NCBI GenBank assembly: GCA_003169735.1
Contig: PNAP01000025.1
Span: 179 to 64,178 of the forward strand
Origin: Chloroflexota bacterium
GTDB taxonomy: Bacteria; Chloroflexota; Limnocylindria; Limnocylindrales; CSP1-4
Length of the DNA stretch: 64,000 nt
Direction: 5' to 3'
Under the pieces are notes generated by a model. The model was not told the DNA's origin. It ran no database searches and saw only the letters and a program-made list of their open reading frames with translations. Each line of letters begins with the position of its first letter. Position 1 is the first letter of the stretch. The position numbers were made by a program, and so were the translations under genes. Below are positions 9,069 through 19,049 of this stretch, in pieces.

Positions 9069-11336
9069 TCAGCAGGAGGTGCCGACGCGGTAATCCGAGC
9101 CGGGGCCGGCGCTGTCGTCCGGCTCGAGCAGGCCGCCGGCGGGCGTGCCGACCGAAGCGTAGGTCTGGGCCCCGGGCCCGGACAGCGCGGCGCTTTGCGC
9201 CGGTGCTCCGACGGTACTGAGCGGCGTGGAGATGGTGATGAACCCATTCGCAAGGTCCATCGAGCCCGTCGCCGTGCCAACGTTGTTGAAGAGCGAGCCG
9301 CCGGTCGCCGTCGTATCGACCGTCCCGTAGCTGTAATCGACCAGCAGGGTCGGGTCGTTCGGATTAGGCGTCGTGCCCGGATACTGCGCGCCGAGGTAGT
9401 ACTCGGTGCCGCCTGACTGCCAGGTGGCATACCAGTTGTCGCCATCACCGCCGAGGCCGGGATGGCCGACGGGATCGCTGTTCAGGCTGACCATGCGCAG
9501 TACGGTCGTGACGTTCGTGGCATCGCTGCTGAGGCCCATGGCCCGGATGTCCATCGCGTCGACGTTGCCGTTGGATGCGATCGGATGCGAGTCGCCGACC
9601 GGGTCCTTGAGGACGCGGCACGAAGGCGATGGCACCGTGGCCGGCGGTGTGGGGACCGTCGGCGGATGCGCGATGAGGGTGGCCGCCTGGGCGATGTCGA
9701 ACGAGCCGTTGCCCGTCGCGTAGTCCCAGCCGGGCGTGGCCGGATAGATGCCGACATCACCGAGGGTCACATCGTGGAAGCCGGCGCTGCCGGCCATCGC
9801 GTAGAGCCGCGGCGCGGCGAATCCGAGGGTGTTGCCGTTGACGGTCTGGAGTCGCGCCCAGACGCCGAGCGCGAGCGGCGACGCCAGGCTGGTGCCGCCG
9901 ATCTGTTCCGGCTGGCCGCCGACCATCACGGTCGCGCCCGTGTTCGGATCGGCGTCCATGGCGATGTCGGGCAGGTTCTTGCCGACGCACGCGACGGTGT
10001 CGACGCATGCCGAGCCGGTCGGCGGGGTCACGCCCTGCTGCCAGTAGGGCTGGTACTCGTAGAGGCTCGGCCCGCCGCCACCGGCGACCCAGGCGACTTC
10101 GTTGTTGTAGGTACCGTCGGCGTTGGCGAGCAGCGTCGTGCCGCCGACCGAGACGACATAGGAGGATGACGCGGGGTAGTTGACGTCGGGCACGCCGGCC
10201 GGGACGCCGTTGTTCGGCGCGACCGGGCAGAAGCTGCCGGTATCGCCGGATGAGGCGAACACGGTCTGGCCCTGCGCTGCGGCTTCGCTCATGACCTCGT
10301 CGTTGACGACCATGAAGCCATCCGCCCATGCCTGGTACTCGCACTCGCCGAAGCTGGCGCTGCCGGCGCGGGCGACGTCCTGGGTCACGAAACGGTTGAA
10401 CTCGAGGCCGATGTCCGCGTCGGTCAGCGACGTGGCGTCGTAGATGTAGAGATGCTTGACCGTGCCGGCGATGCCGGTCGAGGTCTGGGTATCCATGTCC
10501 CACTCGTCGGCACCGGCCGTGTCGGGGCTCTTGAGGCCGACCTTGACGACGCTGAACGGCACCTGCGGCAGCTTGTTGGTGGGGTCCGCCTCATAGCTTC
10601 GAAGGTCCTTGACCACCTGGGTCAGATCGCCTTCGGCGAAGATGGCGATGGGCGTGGCCGAGCCGCGCTTGGTGCCCCCGACGTCATAGACCTTCCAGAA
10701 GTCGCGCGCCGAATAGCCCTTGATGGTCGGCACGGTGTCGGCCGACGGCGCGGCCTGGTGCGGCAGCTGCATCGTCGAGGCGCTGGTCAGACCCAGGACG
10801 GCGACGACGGTGTTGCCCAGCGAGGTCGGCACGCGCGCCGGGCGCGAGTTGGCATAGATCTCGACGCCATGCTGGCGATAGCGCATCAGCGTCGTGTCGA
10901 AGGCGCTCTCCGCCTGCGACGCGGTGCCGTCGGCGGTCACGTAGAGACGGTTCGACTCGACGTGGACCTTGGTGAAGCCCTGCGATCGCAGGTAAGCGGC
11001 GACGGCCGCCGGTTGCGCGCTCGTCGGCCCGTAGCGCTCCGTGAACTGCGCCGGGGTCAGGTAGTGCCCGTACGCGGGCGTGCCCGCGATGGAGGCGTCG
11101 TGGGTGAACTGCGCCAGTCCGGCCTGATCGCGCAGGGCGAGACCGACCGAGATGCGCAGCGGCGTATTGGCCGCGAGCCGCCCAAGCGACGTCGCGTCGG
11201 CCAGGTTCTCCGTGCCGGTGCGCGTGGCGCTCCAGCCCGATGCCGCCGAGACGCCGGCGCCCGCGCCGAACGTCAGGACGAGCGCGAGACCCGCTCCCGC
11301 GAGCCCGAGGCGACTGATCCGATCCAAGGTGTCCAT
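9069..11336 (-). CDS. Secreted S53 (sedolisin/kumamolisin) serine peptidase with prodomain and C-terminal beta-rich extension
   Basis: Signal peptide, prodomain YLTPAQFTERYGP, EWDMD, ASSGDTG, VGGT, GGTSLASP, GWDYATGNGS; GGAGG RBS. Confidence 0.92.
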   Translation of the reverse strand: MDTLDRISRLGLAGAGLALVLTFGAGAGVSAASGWSATRTGTENLADATSLGRLAANTPLRISVGLALRDQAGLAQFTHDASIAGTPAYGHYLTPAQFTERYGPTSAQPAAVAAYLRSQGFTKVHVESNRLYVTADGTASQAESAFDTTLMRYRQHGVEIYANSRPARVPTSLGNTVVAVLGLTSASTMQLPHQAAPSADTVPTIKGYSARDFWKVYDVGGTKRGSATPIAIFAEGDLTQVVKDLRSYEADPTNKLPQVPFSVVKVGLKSPDTAGADEWDMDTQTSTGIAGTVKHLYIYDATSLTDADIGLEFNRFVTQDVARAGSASFGECEYQAWADGFMVVNDEVMSEAAAQGQTVFASSGDTGSFCPVAPNNGVPAGVPDVNYPASSSYVVSVGGTTLLANADGTYNNEVAWVAGGGGPSLYEYQPYWQQGVTPPTGSACVDTVACVGKNLPDIAMDADPNTGATVMVGGQPEQIGGTSLASPLALGVWARLQTVNGNTLGFAAPRLYAMAGSAGFHDVTLGDVGIYPATPGWDYATGNGSFDIAQAATLIAHPPTVPTPPATVPSPSCRVLKDPVGDSHPIASNGNVDAMDIRAMGLSSDATNVTTVLRMVSLNSDPVGHPGLGGDGDNWYATWQSGGTEYYLGAQYPGTTPNPNDPTLLVDYSYGTVDTTATGGSLFNNVGTATGSMDLANGFITISTPLSTVGAPAQSAALSGPGAQTYASVGTPAGGLLEPDDSAGPGSDYRVGTSC

Positions 11337-11360
11337 GGTTCGTGAGGTTCCTCCGCCTGT

Positions 11361-11436
11361 GACACCACGACCTGTGGTGTCGAGTGCGGCGCACCATAAC
11401 AGAGGGTTGCCACCATTGCAAGTGGTGTTGTAAAGT
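11361..11436. promoter_or_regulatory. Divergent promoter region with CACCA-N7-TGGTG palindromes (candidate TrmB operators)
   Basis: GACACCAC-gacct-GTGGTGTC at 11361-11381 and CACCA-ttgcaag-TGGTG at 11411-11427; TTGCCA-N18-TAAAGT overlaps the second site. Confidence 0.6.
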
Positions 11437-11475
11437 TCGCTCCAGCCCAGACGCAACCACCGCTCGGAGGGCACC

Positions 11476-12315
11476 GTGGAGATCCAGAACGAGGCCGAAC
11501 TGACCTCCCGACTGATCCAGCTCGGGCTGACCAGCTACGAGGCGAAGGCCTACCTCGCGCTCATCCGACGCGACTCGTTCACCGCGGCACAGGTCGCGCG
11601 GCAGGCGAACCTTCCCCGCCAGCGCATCTATGACGTGCTGGGCAGCCTCGTCGAGAAGGGCCTCGCGACCACGCGGCCCGGCGACGTCATCAAGTACGCG
11701 GCCACCGCTCCCGAACTCGCCATCGAGCGGCTGCTCGAGGCGCATCGCCAGAGCCTCGAAGGGCTGGAGATCGACGCGCGCGACACGATCAAGCGCATGA
11801 CCCCGGCCTGGGCGGCCGGGCAATCGCACACCGATCCGCTCGAGTACATCGAGGTGCTGCGTGACCGGCGCGCCATCAACGAGCGTTTCGGCGAGCTGCA
11901 GGCATCGGTGAAGAAGGAGATCCTCGTCTTCACCAAGCCGCCCTACGCCACGCCGCCGCAGGAGAACGACGAGGGCATCGCGGTCACCCAGACCCACACC
12001 GCCCGCAGCGTCTACGAGTTCTCCGCCTTCGATGATCCGCGCTTCATCGCTGGCGTCAAGGCGTTCGTGGCGGCCGGGGAGGAGGCCCGTTTCGTCCCCG
12101 AGCTGCCGCTCAAGCTGGTCATCATCGACGAGACCATCGTCATGTTCGGCATGGAGGATCCGGTCGCCGGCACGACCGAACTGACCATCGTCGTCGTCGA
12201 ACACCCGTCGCTTGCCAAGACACTGAAACTGTCGTTCGACGCGGTCTGGGCATCGGGGCTGACATTCGAAGAGGCGCAGCAGCGTCTCCAGGATCGGCAA
12301 CTCGAACCGGCGTAG
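11476..12315 (+). CDS. TrmB family transcriptional regulator
   Basis: LGLTSYEAKAYLAL and PRQRIYDVLGSLVEKGL HTH; C-terminal PLKLVIID effector domain. Confidence 0.9.
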   Translation: MEIQNEAELTSRLIQLGLTSYEAKAYLALIRRDSFTAAQVARQANLPRQRIYDVLGSLVEKGLATTRPGDVIKYAATAPELAIERLLEAHRQSLEGLEIDARDTIKRMTPAWAAGQSHTDPLEYIEVLRDRRAINERFGELQASVKKEILVFTKPPYATPPQENDEGIAVTQTHTARSVYEFSAFDDPRFIAGVKAFVAAGEEARFVPELPLKLVIIDETIVMFGMEDPVAGTTELTIVVVEHPSLAKTLKLSFDAVWASGLTFEEAQQRLQDRQLEPA

Positions 12316-12347
12316 GCAGGCGCCACACAAGCACAGGAGATGACGAG

Positions 12348-15068
12348 ATGAGGATCCGCGTCGCGGCCGCCCTGGTCGCCCTCCTCGCAGTGGGGATCGT
12401 GGCCGCGCCGACGGTAGCCGCCGGAGGCGTAGCCGCCATCGGCAAGACCGCCCATCCGAAGCCCGCGGCCGACGGAGCGACGCCGTTCCGCGACGGCCTT
12501 GCGGACCTGCTCGCTCACCCGGAGCGTGTCGACGCGCGCGTCCCGTCACTCATCGCCGGCTACACCGCGGGTGAGGTGCCCGTGCTGGCCAAACTGCGCC
12601 GCCAGCCGACGACGAGCGATCTCCGTCAACTGCGACACCTCGGCGCGCGCGTCCTGCGCACGTACGTGACCATCCCGGTCGTGGCGTTGTCTGGCCAGCC
12701 GTCGGCGATCACCGCCGTGGCGCAGCTCGCGTGGGTGCGCTGGATGGTGCCGATCGAAGTCGTCCAACTGCTGTCCGAGCCCGAGGTCGATCAATCGAAC
12801 CCACCCACCGGCGGCCCCATCGACGTCGGCGTGCCCGCGCTCTGGGACGAGGGCATGACCGGTCAGGGCGTGACCATCGCCGTCCTCGACACGGGCGTGG
12901 ACATGACCCATCCCGATCTCGACGACAACGATTTCCGCGCGTGGGGCGATCCACCCAACGCCCCGGTGCTGACCAACGGGCCTAAGGTGATCCAGGCGCG
13001 CAATTTCAACGAGGGCGCATGCGCCGTCCCCGACAGCGGCGCCTTCGACGGACACGGCCACGGCACGCACGTTGCGGCCATCGCGGCGGGGACCGGCGAG
13101 GGCGATCCGACCACCTCGAGCGACGACGGCCTCCACATGGGCATGGCCCCGGACGCGACGCTGGCGGTCGCCAAGGTCCTGACCGATGCCGGGATCGGCG
13201 TCAACAGTGACCTCCTGGCCGCGCTCGAGTGGGCAGCCATGCCCGCCGGCAGCGGATCACCGACCTGCCCGGCCGTCGGAGCGCAGGTGGTCAACACCAG
13301 CCTCGGCACCGACTCGCGCCCGACCCGCCTGAACTCCGGTCATGACACCGACCTCGTCAGCCAGATGGTCGATACCCTGGCAACGAAGTACGGGACGGTC
13401 TTCGTCGCCGCGGTCGGCAACAGCGGCCCGTACATCGGCAGCGCGCTCGAGGCACCGGGCGGTGCCTCGCAGGCCCTTTCGGTGGGCGCCACGGCCAAGG
13501 ATTGGGACGTCGATCACGATGCGACCGCGGCCGGCGACACGTGTTCCGGCTATCAGCACACGCAGCCTACCTGCCCGGCTGACGCCCCCGGCACGCAGCG
13601 CACGTCACTCGCCGAGTTCTCGTCGCGCGGCCCTCTCGAGGGTCGCCTCCTGAAGCCCGATGTGGTCGCGCCCGGCTACGACATCGTCTCGGCGCAGGCC
13701 GCGGAGGGCGCCGCCCTCGCCTCCAACGATCTCAACATGGGCACGCGCACCGACCCGTACTACGCCACCGCGAGCGGCACGTCGATGGCGTCGCCGGCGA
13801 CGGCGGGCGTGGTCGCGCTGTTGCTCGACGGCTATCACGACCGATATGGCAAGGCACCGCAGGGACCTTCCGGCGTGGCTGGGTTCAAGGCGAGCGCCGA
13901 GGTCCTCGTCCGTGCCGCGCTGATGAATACGGCCGACTCCGGGCTCTACGAGTCGCGCTGGATCCTGACGACCGATGACGGCACGGTCTCATCGGCAGCG
14001 GGGTGCCCCGTGCCCGACCCGCTCGCGCCGACGGTGTGCAGTTTCGCCGACATCATCACCGGTGGACTGACCGGTTCGCTGGTCTTGGCCGGGACGCGCA
14101 ACGGCCCCACCGACCCGTATGTCGGTCCACTCGCCGAAGGCGCCGGCAAGATCCAGCCGGCCGCCGCGATCGCGGCGCTGCGCGACGGCGTGGTCATCTA
14201 CCGCGCTGCGAGTCACGCATCGGCGGCGACCCTTCCCGGCGATACCGCGTACCAGGGCGCGTGGATGATCACCAACGCCGTCCCGGGCAAGATCGAGACG
14301 GATCCGTTCATCCTGCGCAACGCTCCCGGCGCCCCGGCCACGGTCGCACGCTTCCGGTTCGCGTCTGGCAACCCGAGCGACGGCAGCCACGCCATCCCGA
14401 CCGGTTCGGCGCCGGGCGCATGGACGATCCAGCTGCCGAAACCGACCGCCGTGCGCGCCGGCGGCAGCGCCAAGGTGGGCTTCAGCATCACGCCGCCCCC
14501 GGGCACGCCCGCTGGCACCTACTCGGGCGCCGTCATCGTCGAGGTCGCCAACGGGCAGCATCTCCGCATCCCCGTCCTGGCGACGGTCGCCCTTCACGAC
14601 CCCGACCTGGCCGCCGGCAACGCGCCGAGCCCCCGATGCGAGATCGTCTCGGACCACGACGTCTTCGCCAAGGGCGACACGGTCTGGCCATCGGCGGCTG
14701 GTGTCGCCAACGGCGCCATGTCCGACTGGCTCGTGTATCCCGTCGACCTGGCGCCCGGCCTCGCCTACGCGCGCTTCTCGGTCTACGACGCCGCGGCCGG
14801 CGACGAGACCTACGACCTGTACCTCTACGCGAGCGACTTCTCGCTCGTCTCGAGCACGCACCCGTTCGCTGCGCCGGGCGTGACCGACGTGAACGCCAAC
14901 AACGCGCGTGGTCCATCGACGCAAGCCGATCCGCAGGTCCTCGTCCTCGATCACCCGACGTCCACGAGGTACTACATCGCCGTCAGCCGGGCGCGCGTGG
15001 GCACGGTCGACGCGATCAACGGCGACTTCGGAGCCTTCGTGCTGACACTCGACGAGGTGGGGCCCTGA
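12348..15068 (+). CDS. Secreted S8 subtilisin-like serine peptidase with C-terminal accessory domains
   Basis: Signal peptide; VLDTG, HGTHVA, GNSG, FSSRGP, KPDVVAPG, SGTSMASP; AGGAG RBS. Confidence 0.93.
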   Translation: MRIRVAAALVALLAVGIVAAPTVAAGGVAAIGKTAHPKPAADGATPFRDGLADLLAHPERVDARVPSLIAGYTAGEVPVLAKLRRQPTTSDLRQLRHLGARVLRTYVTIPVVALSGQPSAITAVAQLAWVRWMVPIEVVQLLSEPEVDQSNPPTGGPIDVGVPALWDEGMTGQGVTIAVLDTGVDMTHPDLDDNDFRAWGDPPNAPVLTNGPKVIQARNFNEGACAVPDSGAFDGHGHGTHVAAIAAGTGEGDPTTSSDDGLHMGMAPDATLAVAKVLTDAGIGVNSDLLAALEWAAMPAGSGSPTCPAVGAQVVNTSLGTDSRPTRLNSGHDTDLVSQMVDTLATKYGTVFVAAVGNSGPYIGSALEAPGGASQALSVGATAKDWDVDHDATAAGDTCSGYQHTQPTCPADAPGTQRTSLAEFSSRGPLEGRLLKPDVVAPGYDIVSAQAAEGAALASNDLNMGTRTDPYYATASGTSMASPATAGVVALLLDGYHDRYGKAPQGPSGVAGFKASAEVLVRAALMNTADSGLYESRWILTTDDGTVSSAAGCPVPDPLAPTVCSFADIITGGLTGSLVLAGTRNGPTDPYVGPLAEGAGKIQPAAAIAALRDGVVIYRAASHASAATLPGDTAYQGAWMITNAVPGKIETDPFILRNAPGAPATVARFRFASGNPSDGSHAIPTGSAPGAWTIQLPKPTAVRAGGSAKVGFSITPPPGTPAGTYSGAVIVEVANGQHLRIPVLATVALHDPDLAAGNAPSPRCEIVSDHDVFAKGDTVWPSAAGVANGAMSDWLVYPVDLAPGLAYARFSVYDAAAGDETYDLYLYASDFSLVSSTHPFAAPGVTDVNANNARGPSTQADPQVLVLDHPTSTRYYIAVSRARVGTVDAINGDFGAFVLTLDEVGP

Positions 15069-15980
15069 CTACGCCTCGGCCGGGAGGCCCTCGAAGAGAT
15101 CCGTTTCGGGGATGCGCACACCGACGTCCGAGACGCGCAGGGTGAAGTCCTCGGTCGGCTGGACCGCCCGCCACTCATCCGGGGAGAGCATCAGGAAGAA
15201 CCCGTCGGCGGGAAGTTGCGTCACGTGCTCGCGCATCGCGGCCAGCTTGGCCTCGAACGCGTCTGAGACGTCCACGCGCGTGGTCACCGGACCCTGCGCA
15301 TCGGCCATCTTCTTCATGTGGGCTTCGCGGCCGGCCCGCTGCTCGTCGGTCTCGTCCTCGGGCGGCGTCCACCAGGTCTTGACGCCCTTCTCCCTGAGCA
15401 GGTCCTGGAACTCCTGCCGACGGGCGATGTCGAGCACGGTCTCGTACAGCTTGAGAGGCTGCCACGGCTCCAGGCCGTCCTTGAGTTGCTCGGGATACGC
15501 GGCCGAGTCGCCGGCGCGTTCGAAGGCGCGCTTGGTCGTGGTCGCGGCGCGGATGTGGTCGGGATGGCCATAACCGCCGAAATCGTTGTACGAGACGAGC
15601 ACCTGCGGGCGGTACCGGCGGATGAGGAGCACCAGGCGACCGGCGGCCTCGTCCTCGTCGGCCTGCCAGAAGCTGCGCTTGTCCCCGTTCTGTGGCGTGC
15701 CCATCATCCCCGAGTCGTGATAGCCGAGCCACTCGTGCTCGATCGGGCCGAGGCGGGCCAGGGCGCGTTTGAGTTCCTCGGCGCGGATCTCGGCCAGTCG
15801 GGCGTGGTTCTCGGGCGTGTCCATCTCGGGCACGACGATCTCGCCGTGCTCACCGCCCGTGCAGGTGACGCAGATGACGCGGTCGCCCGCGTGCGCGTAG
15901 CGCGACATGACGCCGCCGGTGGCGATCGTCTCGTCGTCGGGGTGGGCATGGACGGTCATGAGGGAGTGTCGATCAGCCAT
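15069..15980 (-). CDS. PIG-L family deacetylase (MshB/Mca-like)
   Basis: VHAHPDDE, TCTGGEHGE, YHDSGMMG, GGYGHPDH, AMREHVTQ. Confidence 0.9.
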   Translation of the reverse strand: MADRHSLMTVHAHPDDETIATGGVMSRYAHAGDRVICVTCTGGEHGEIVVPEMDTPENHARLAEIRAEELKRALARLGPIEHEWLGYHDSGMMGTPQNGDKRSFWQADEDEAAGRLVLLIRRYRPQVLVSYNDFGGYGHPDHIRAATTTKRAFERAGDSAAYPEQLKDGLEPWQPLKLYETVLDIARRQEFQDLLREKGVKTWWTPPEDETDEQRAGREAHMKKMADAQGPVTTRVDVSDAFEAKLAAMREHVTQLPADGFFLMLSPDEWRAVQPTEDFTLRVSDVGVRIPETDLFEGLPAEA

Positions 15981-16833
15981 GGTCGGATGCTACCCGAGGT
16001 GCGGCGCGGACCGTCGGCCAGAGGGCCAGATCGATCTCCGGGGCGAGTGCAGCGAGTTCGGCAAGGTCGGGCGCATAGGCAGCGGCGAGCGTTGCGCGGA
16101 GGGCGGCCGACAGCTCGAGCTTGTGCCCGGTGGTCGGGTTGACTGGACGCTCGAACGCGCTGGCCGGCGGGCTGAACGGGCGGAGGCCGAGGAAGTCGAA
16201 CGTCCTGGCCAGCTCGGCGGCCGGGTCAGCCCGGCAACGCTCGTACTGGAGGATCAGCACCTGATCGTGCGGCAGGGCCCGGAAGACCCGCCGGAGCTGC
16301 TGCGAGTAGAGGCCGCGCTGGAAGGCGCCCATCGCACCCAGCCGGTCGAGCGGCGACCGCGACAGCTCCTCGGTGTGGGCCATGCTCGACCGGTAGCGCT
16401 CCACGGGGTCGCGCAGGAGGATCAGGATGCGTGCCTCGGGCGCTGCGCGGTGGATGAGCGCCGGAGCCCAGAAGTCGATCATGTAGCCGGGCGTCCACTC
16501 GCCGGAACGGCCGCCCGCCGGCCGCGGGAAGTAGCGGGCGTAGAGCGCCGCGTCCGCGGTCGTGAAGGGGCGCTCCCAGTAGCCGTCGAAGAAGTGCAGC
16601 TCCTTCGGCTGGCTGGCGATGCGATGCACGTCGGGGTGCTCGTGGATGAGCGCGCTCCACCAGGACGTGCCCGCCTTCTGCGCCCCGATGCCCACGAAAT
16701 CGGGCGGTCCGGCGACCCAACCGCGCGGCGTTCCTGGCGGGGCGCCGGGTCCGGGCGGCCTGTGGCCGCGCCATCGCCGCACGGTTCGCAACCCGCGGAC
16801 GGCCTGTTGGCGCACCCGTGCCGATGTCGTCAT
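15973..16833 (-). CDS. PAPS-dependent sulfotransferase, copy 1
   Basis: PDFVGIGAQKAGTSW (5'-PSB), KELHFFD, GEWTPGY, LLRDPVERYRS (3'-PB). Confidence 0.88.
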   Translation of the reverse strand: MTTSARVRQQAVRGLRTVRRWRGHRPPGPGAPPGTPRGWVAGPPDFVGIGAQKAGTSWWSALIHEHPDVHRIASQPKELHFFDGYWERPFTTADAALYARYFPRPAGGRSGEWTPGYMIDFWAPALIHRAAPEARILILLRDPVERYRSSMAHTEELSRSPLDRLGAMGAFQRGLYSQQLRRVFRALPHDQVLILQYERCRADPAAELARTFDFLGLRPFSPPASAFERPVNPTTGHKLELSAALRATLAAAYAPDLAELAALAPEIDLALWPTVRAAPRVASDHG

Positions 16834-17660
16834 CGGCCGAACCCGCTCCACAGTGACGGGTCGAAGTCGTCCGGCAGCAGCGCGGCGAGGCGCGCGTTCT
16901 CCGGCGCGTAGGCGTCGGCCAGGGCGGCGCGCTGGTCGGGGCGCAGCTCCGTCTTGGCGACGCGCGATTCGTTGACGCGCCGATCGACGTCGATGGCGTC
17001 GGCGGCGTCCGGATCGAGCCCCAGGAATGCGAAGGTCCGACGCAGCTCTCCGCGTGGATCGCGGACGCAACGCTCGAACTGGAGCACCAGCACCTGCTCA
17101 CGCGGGAAGATCGACCACAGGCGCAGCAGCTGGTCGGCGTAGCAACCTCGCTGGAAGCCGCCGTTGGCGGCGGCGCGCGCCGTCCAGGCAAGCGTCAGGC
17201 GGTTCTCGGTCAGCGTCACGCCGGAGCGGAAGCGCTCGATCGGGTCGCGCAGGAGGACCAGCAGCCTGGCCTCGGGGGCCGCCCGCCGGAGCAGCGCCGG
17301 GATCCAGAAATCGACCATGTAGCCGGGCGTCCACTCGCCGGCCCTGCCACCCGCCGGTCGCGGGAAGAAGCGCGCGTAGGTCGCGGCGTCTGCCTCGCGA
17401 TAGCTGCCGTCCCAGAAGCGGTCGAAGAAGTGGACCTCCTTCGGGACGCCTTCGGCGCGATGGACGAGGGGATGGGTGTGGATCAGCTCATCCCACCAGG
17501 TCGTCCCCGAGCGGGCGGTCCCGACACCGACGAAATCGGGCGGAGCGACGATCCAGCCGGGTGGCGTGGCCGGAGGCTCGTTCCGGGCGGGCGGGGCGGC
17601 CCCACCACCACTTCGAGCGAGGCCGCTGATGCCGCGCGCGATCTTTCGGACGCCGGTCAC
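16830..17660 (-). CDS. PAPS-dependent sulfotransferase, copy 2
   Basis: PDFVGVGTARSGTTW, KEVHFFD, GEWTPGY, LLRDPIERFRS; ATGA overlap with copy 1; GTG start inferred. Confidence 0.85.
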   Translation of the reverse strand: MTGVRKIARGISGLARSGGGAAPPARNEPPATPPGWIVAPPDFVGVGTARSGTTWWDELIHTHPLVHRAEGVPKEVHFFDRFWDGSYREADAATYARFFPRPAGGRAGEWTPGYMVDFWIPALLRRAAPEARLLVLLRDPIERFRSGVTLTENRLTLAWTARAAANGGFQRGCYADQLLRLWSIFPREQVLVLQFERCVRDPRGELRRTFAFLGLDPDAADAIDVDRRVNESRVAKTELRPDQRAALADAYAPENARLAALLPDDFDPSLWSGFGR

Positions 17661-17726
17661 CGGGCGCGGGGCGAGGGATGCATCGCGGCGATGATACGGG
17701 AGGGCTTCGGGGGCTAGCATCGGCGC

Positions 17727-18989
17727 GTGCCTGACCCCATGAGCGACGCGCGCCCGGAAGGTCCGTCGCGCGGCCCACTGGCCGGCCTCCTGGTTTGCGA
17801 CCTCTCGACCGTGCTCGCCGGCCCGTACTGCACGATGCTCCTGGCGGATCTCGGGGCGGAAGTCATCAAGGTCGAGCCGCCGACCGGCGATCCGACCCGA
17901 CTGTATGGCCCGCCCTACGTCGGTGGCACGGCCGGCGGCGATCCGGGCGAATCGGCCTACTACCTCTCGATCAACCGCAACAAGCGCGGCATCGCGCTCG
18001 ATCTCAAGTCCGACGCCGGCCGCGAGGTCCTGCGGCGGCTCATCGCCCGCAGCGATGTGCTCGTCGAGAACCAGCGGCCGGGCGGCATGGACCGGCTCGG
18101 ATTCCCCGACGCCGAGTTGGAGCGCCTCGATCCCCGCCTGGTCCGACTGTCGATCAGCGGTTACGGTCAGTCCGGCCCGGACGCCGACAAGCCCGGCTTC
18201 GACTTCATCGCCCAGGCGGTCTCCGGACTGATGTCGATCACCGGCCAGCCCGATCGGGCCGACGGACAGCCGACCAAGGTGGGCGTGGCCATCTCCGACC
18301 TGACCACGGGGATGCTCGGTGCAGTGGCCATCCTGGCGGCGCTGCGTGAGCGCGACGTTTCCGGGCGCGGCCAGCGCATCGATCTGAGCCTGCTCGACGC
18401 GACCGTCTCGTGGCTCATCAATCAGGCCGCGAACTACCTCGTGGGCGGCGTGGTGCCGGGGCGGATGGGCAACCTGCATCCCAACATCACGCCCTACGAG
18501 ACGTTCCCGACTGCCGACGGGGAGATCGCCGTGGCGGTCGGGTCGGAGCGGCAGTGGGTGAGGTTCTGCGAGGCTCTCGGTGTCGCGGCGTTGGCCGCCG
18601 ACCCGCGATTCGCCACCAACGGCGCGCGTGTCGCGAACCGTGACGCGCTCCGGGCGCTGTTGGCGCCGCTGTTCGCGGCACGCACCTCGGCCGTGGCGCT
18701 GGCCGAGCTGCAGGCGGCCGACGTGCCCTGCGGCGCGGTCCGCGACCTCGCCCAGGTCTTCGCCGATCCGCAGGTCATCGCCAACGAGATGGTGGCGACG
18801 GTCGAGCATCCGACGATCGGTCCGCTGCGCCTGACGGGCATCCCCTACAAGTTGAGCGCGACGCCGGGGAGCATCCGCCGACCGCCGCCGCTCTTCGGCG
18901 AGCACACCGACGAGATCCTCGCCGAACTCGGATACGCGCCGGCCGAGATCGCCACGCTCCACGCCGAGGGCGCTGCGCGGCGCCGTTAA
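17727..18989 (+). CDS. CoA-transferase family III (CaiB/BaiF)
   Basis: LAGPYCTMLLADLGAEVIKVE, NRNKR, ENQRPG, PGFD..QAVSG, GEHTDEIL; TAGCAT 6 nt before GTG. Confidence 0.93.
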   Translation: MPDPMSDARPEGPSRGPLAGLLVCDLSTVLAGPYCTMLLADLGAEVIKVEPPTGDPTRLYGPPYVGGTAGGDPGESAYYLSINRNKRGIALDLKSDAGREVLRRLIARSDVLVENQRPGGMDRLGFPDAELERLDPRLVRLSISGYGQSGPDADKPGFDFIAQAVSGLMSITGQPDRADGQPTKVGVAISDLTTGMLGAVAILAALRERDVSGRGQRIDLSLLDATVSWLINQAANYLVGGVVPGRMGNLHPNITPYETFPTADGEIAVAVGSERQWVRFCEALGVAALAADPRFATNGARVANRDALRALLAPLFAARTSAVALAELQAADVPCGAVRDLAQVFADPQVIANEMVATVEHPTIGPLRLTGIPYKLSATPGSIRRPPPLFGEHTDEILAELGYAPAEIATLHAEGAARRR

Positions 18990-19049
18990 GGTCAGCGCCG
19001 ATCCGTCATCGCGTGGTCACCGATGGTGGGAAGCGTAGGCTTGTCGGCG

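Noticed and set aside
16830..18962. 710-aa minus-strand ORF as one protein
   Set aside because: Only the last ~277 codons are sulfotransferase; the rest is antisense to the CoA-transferase
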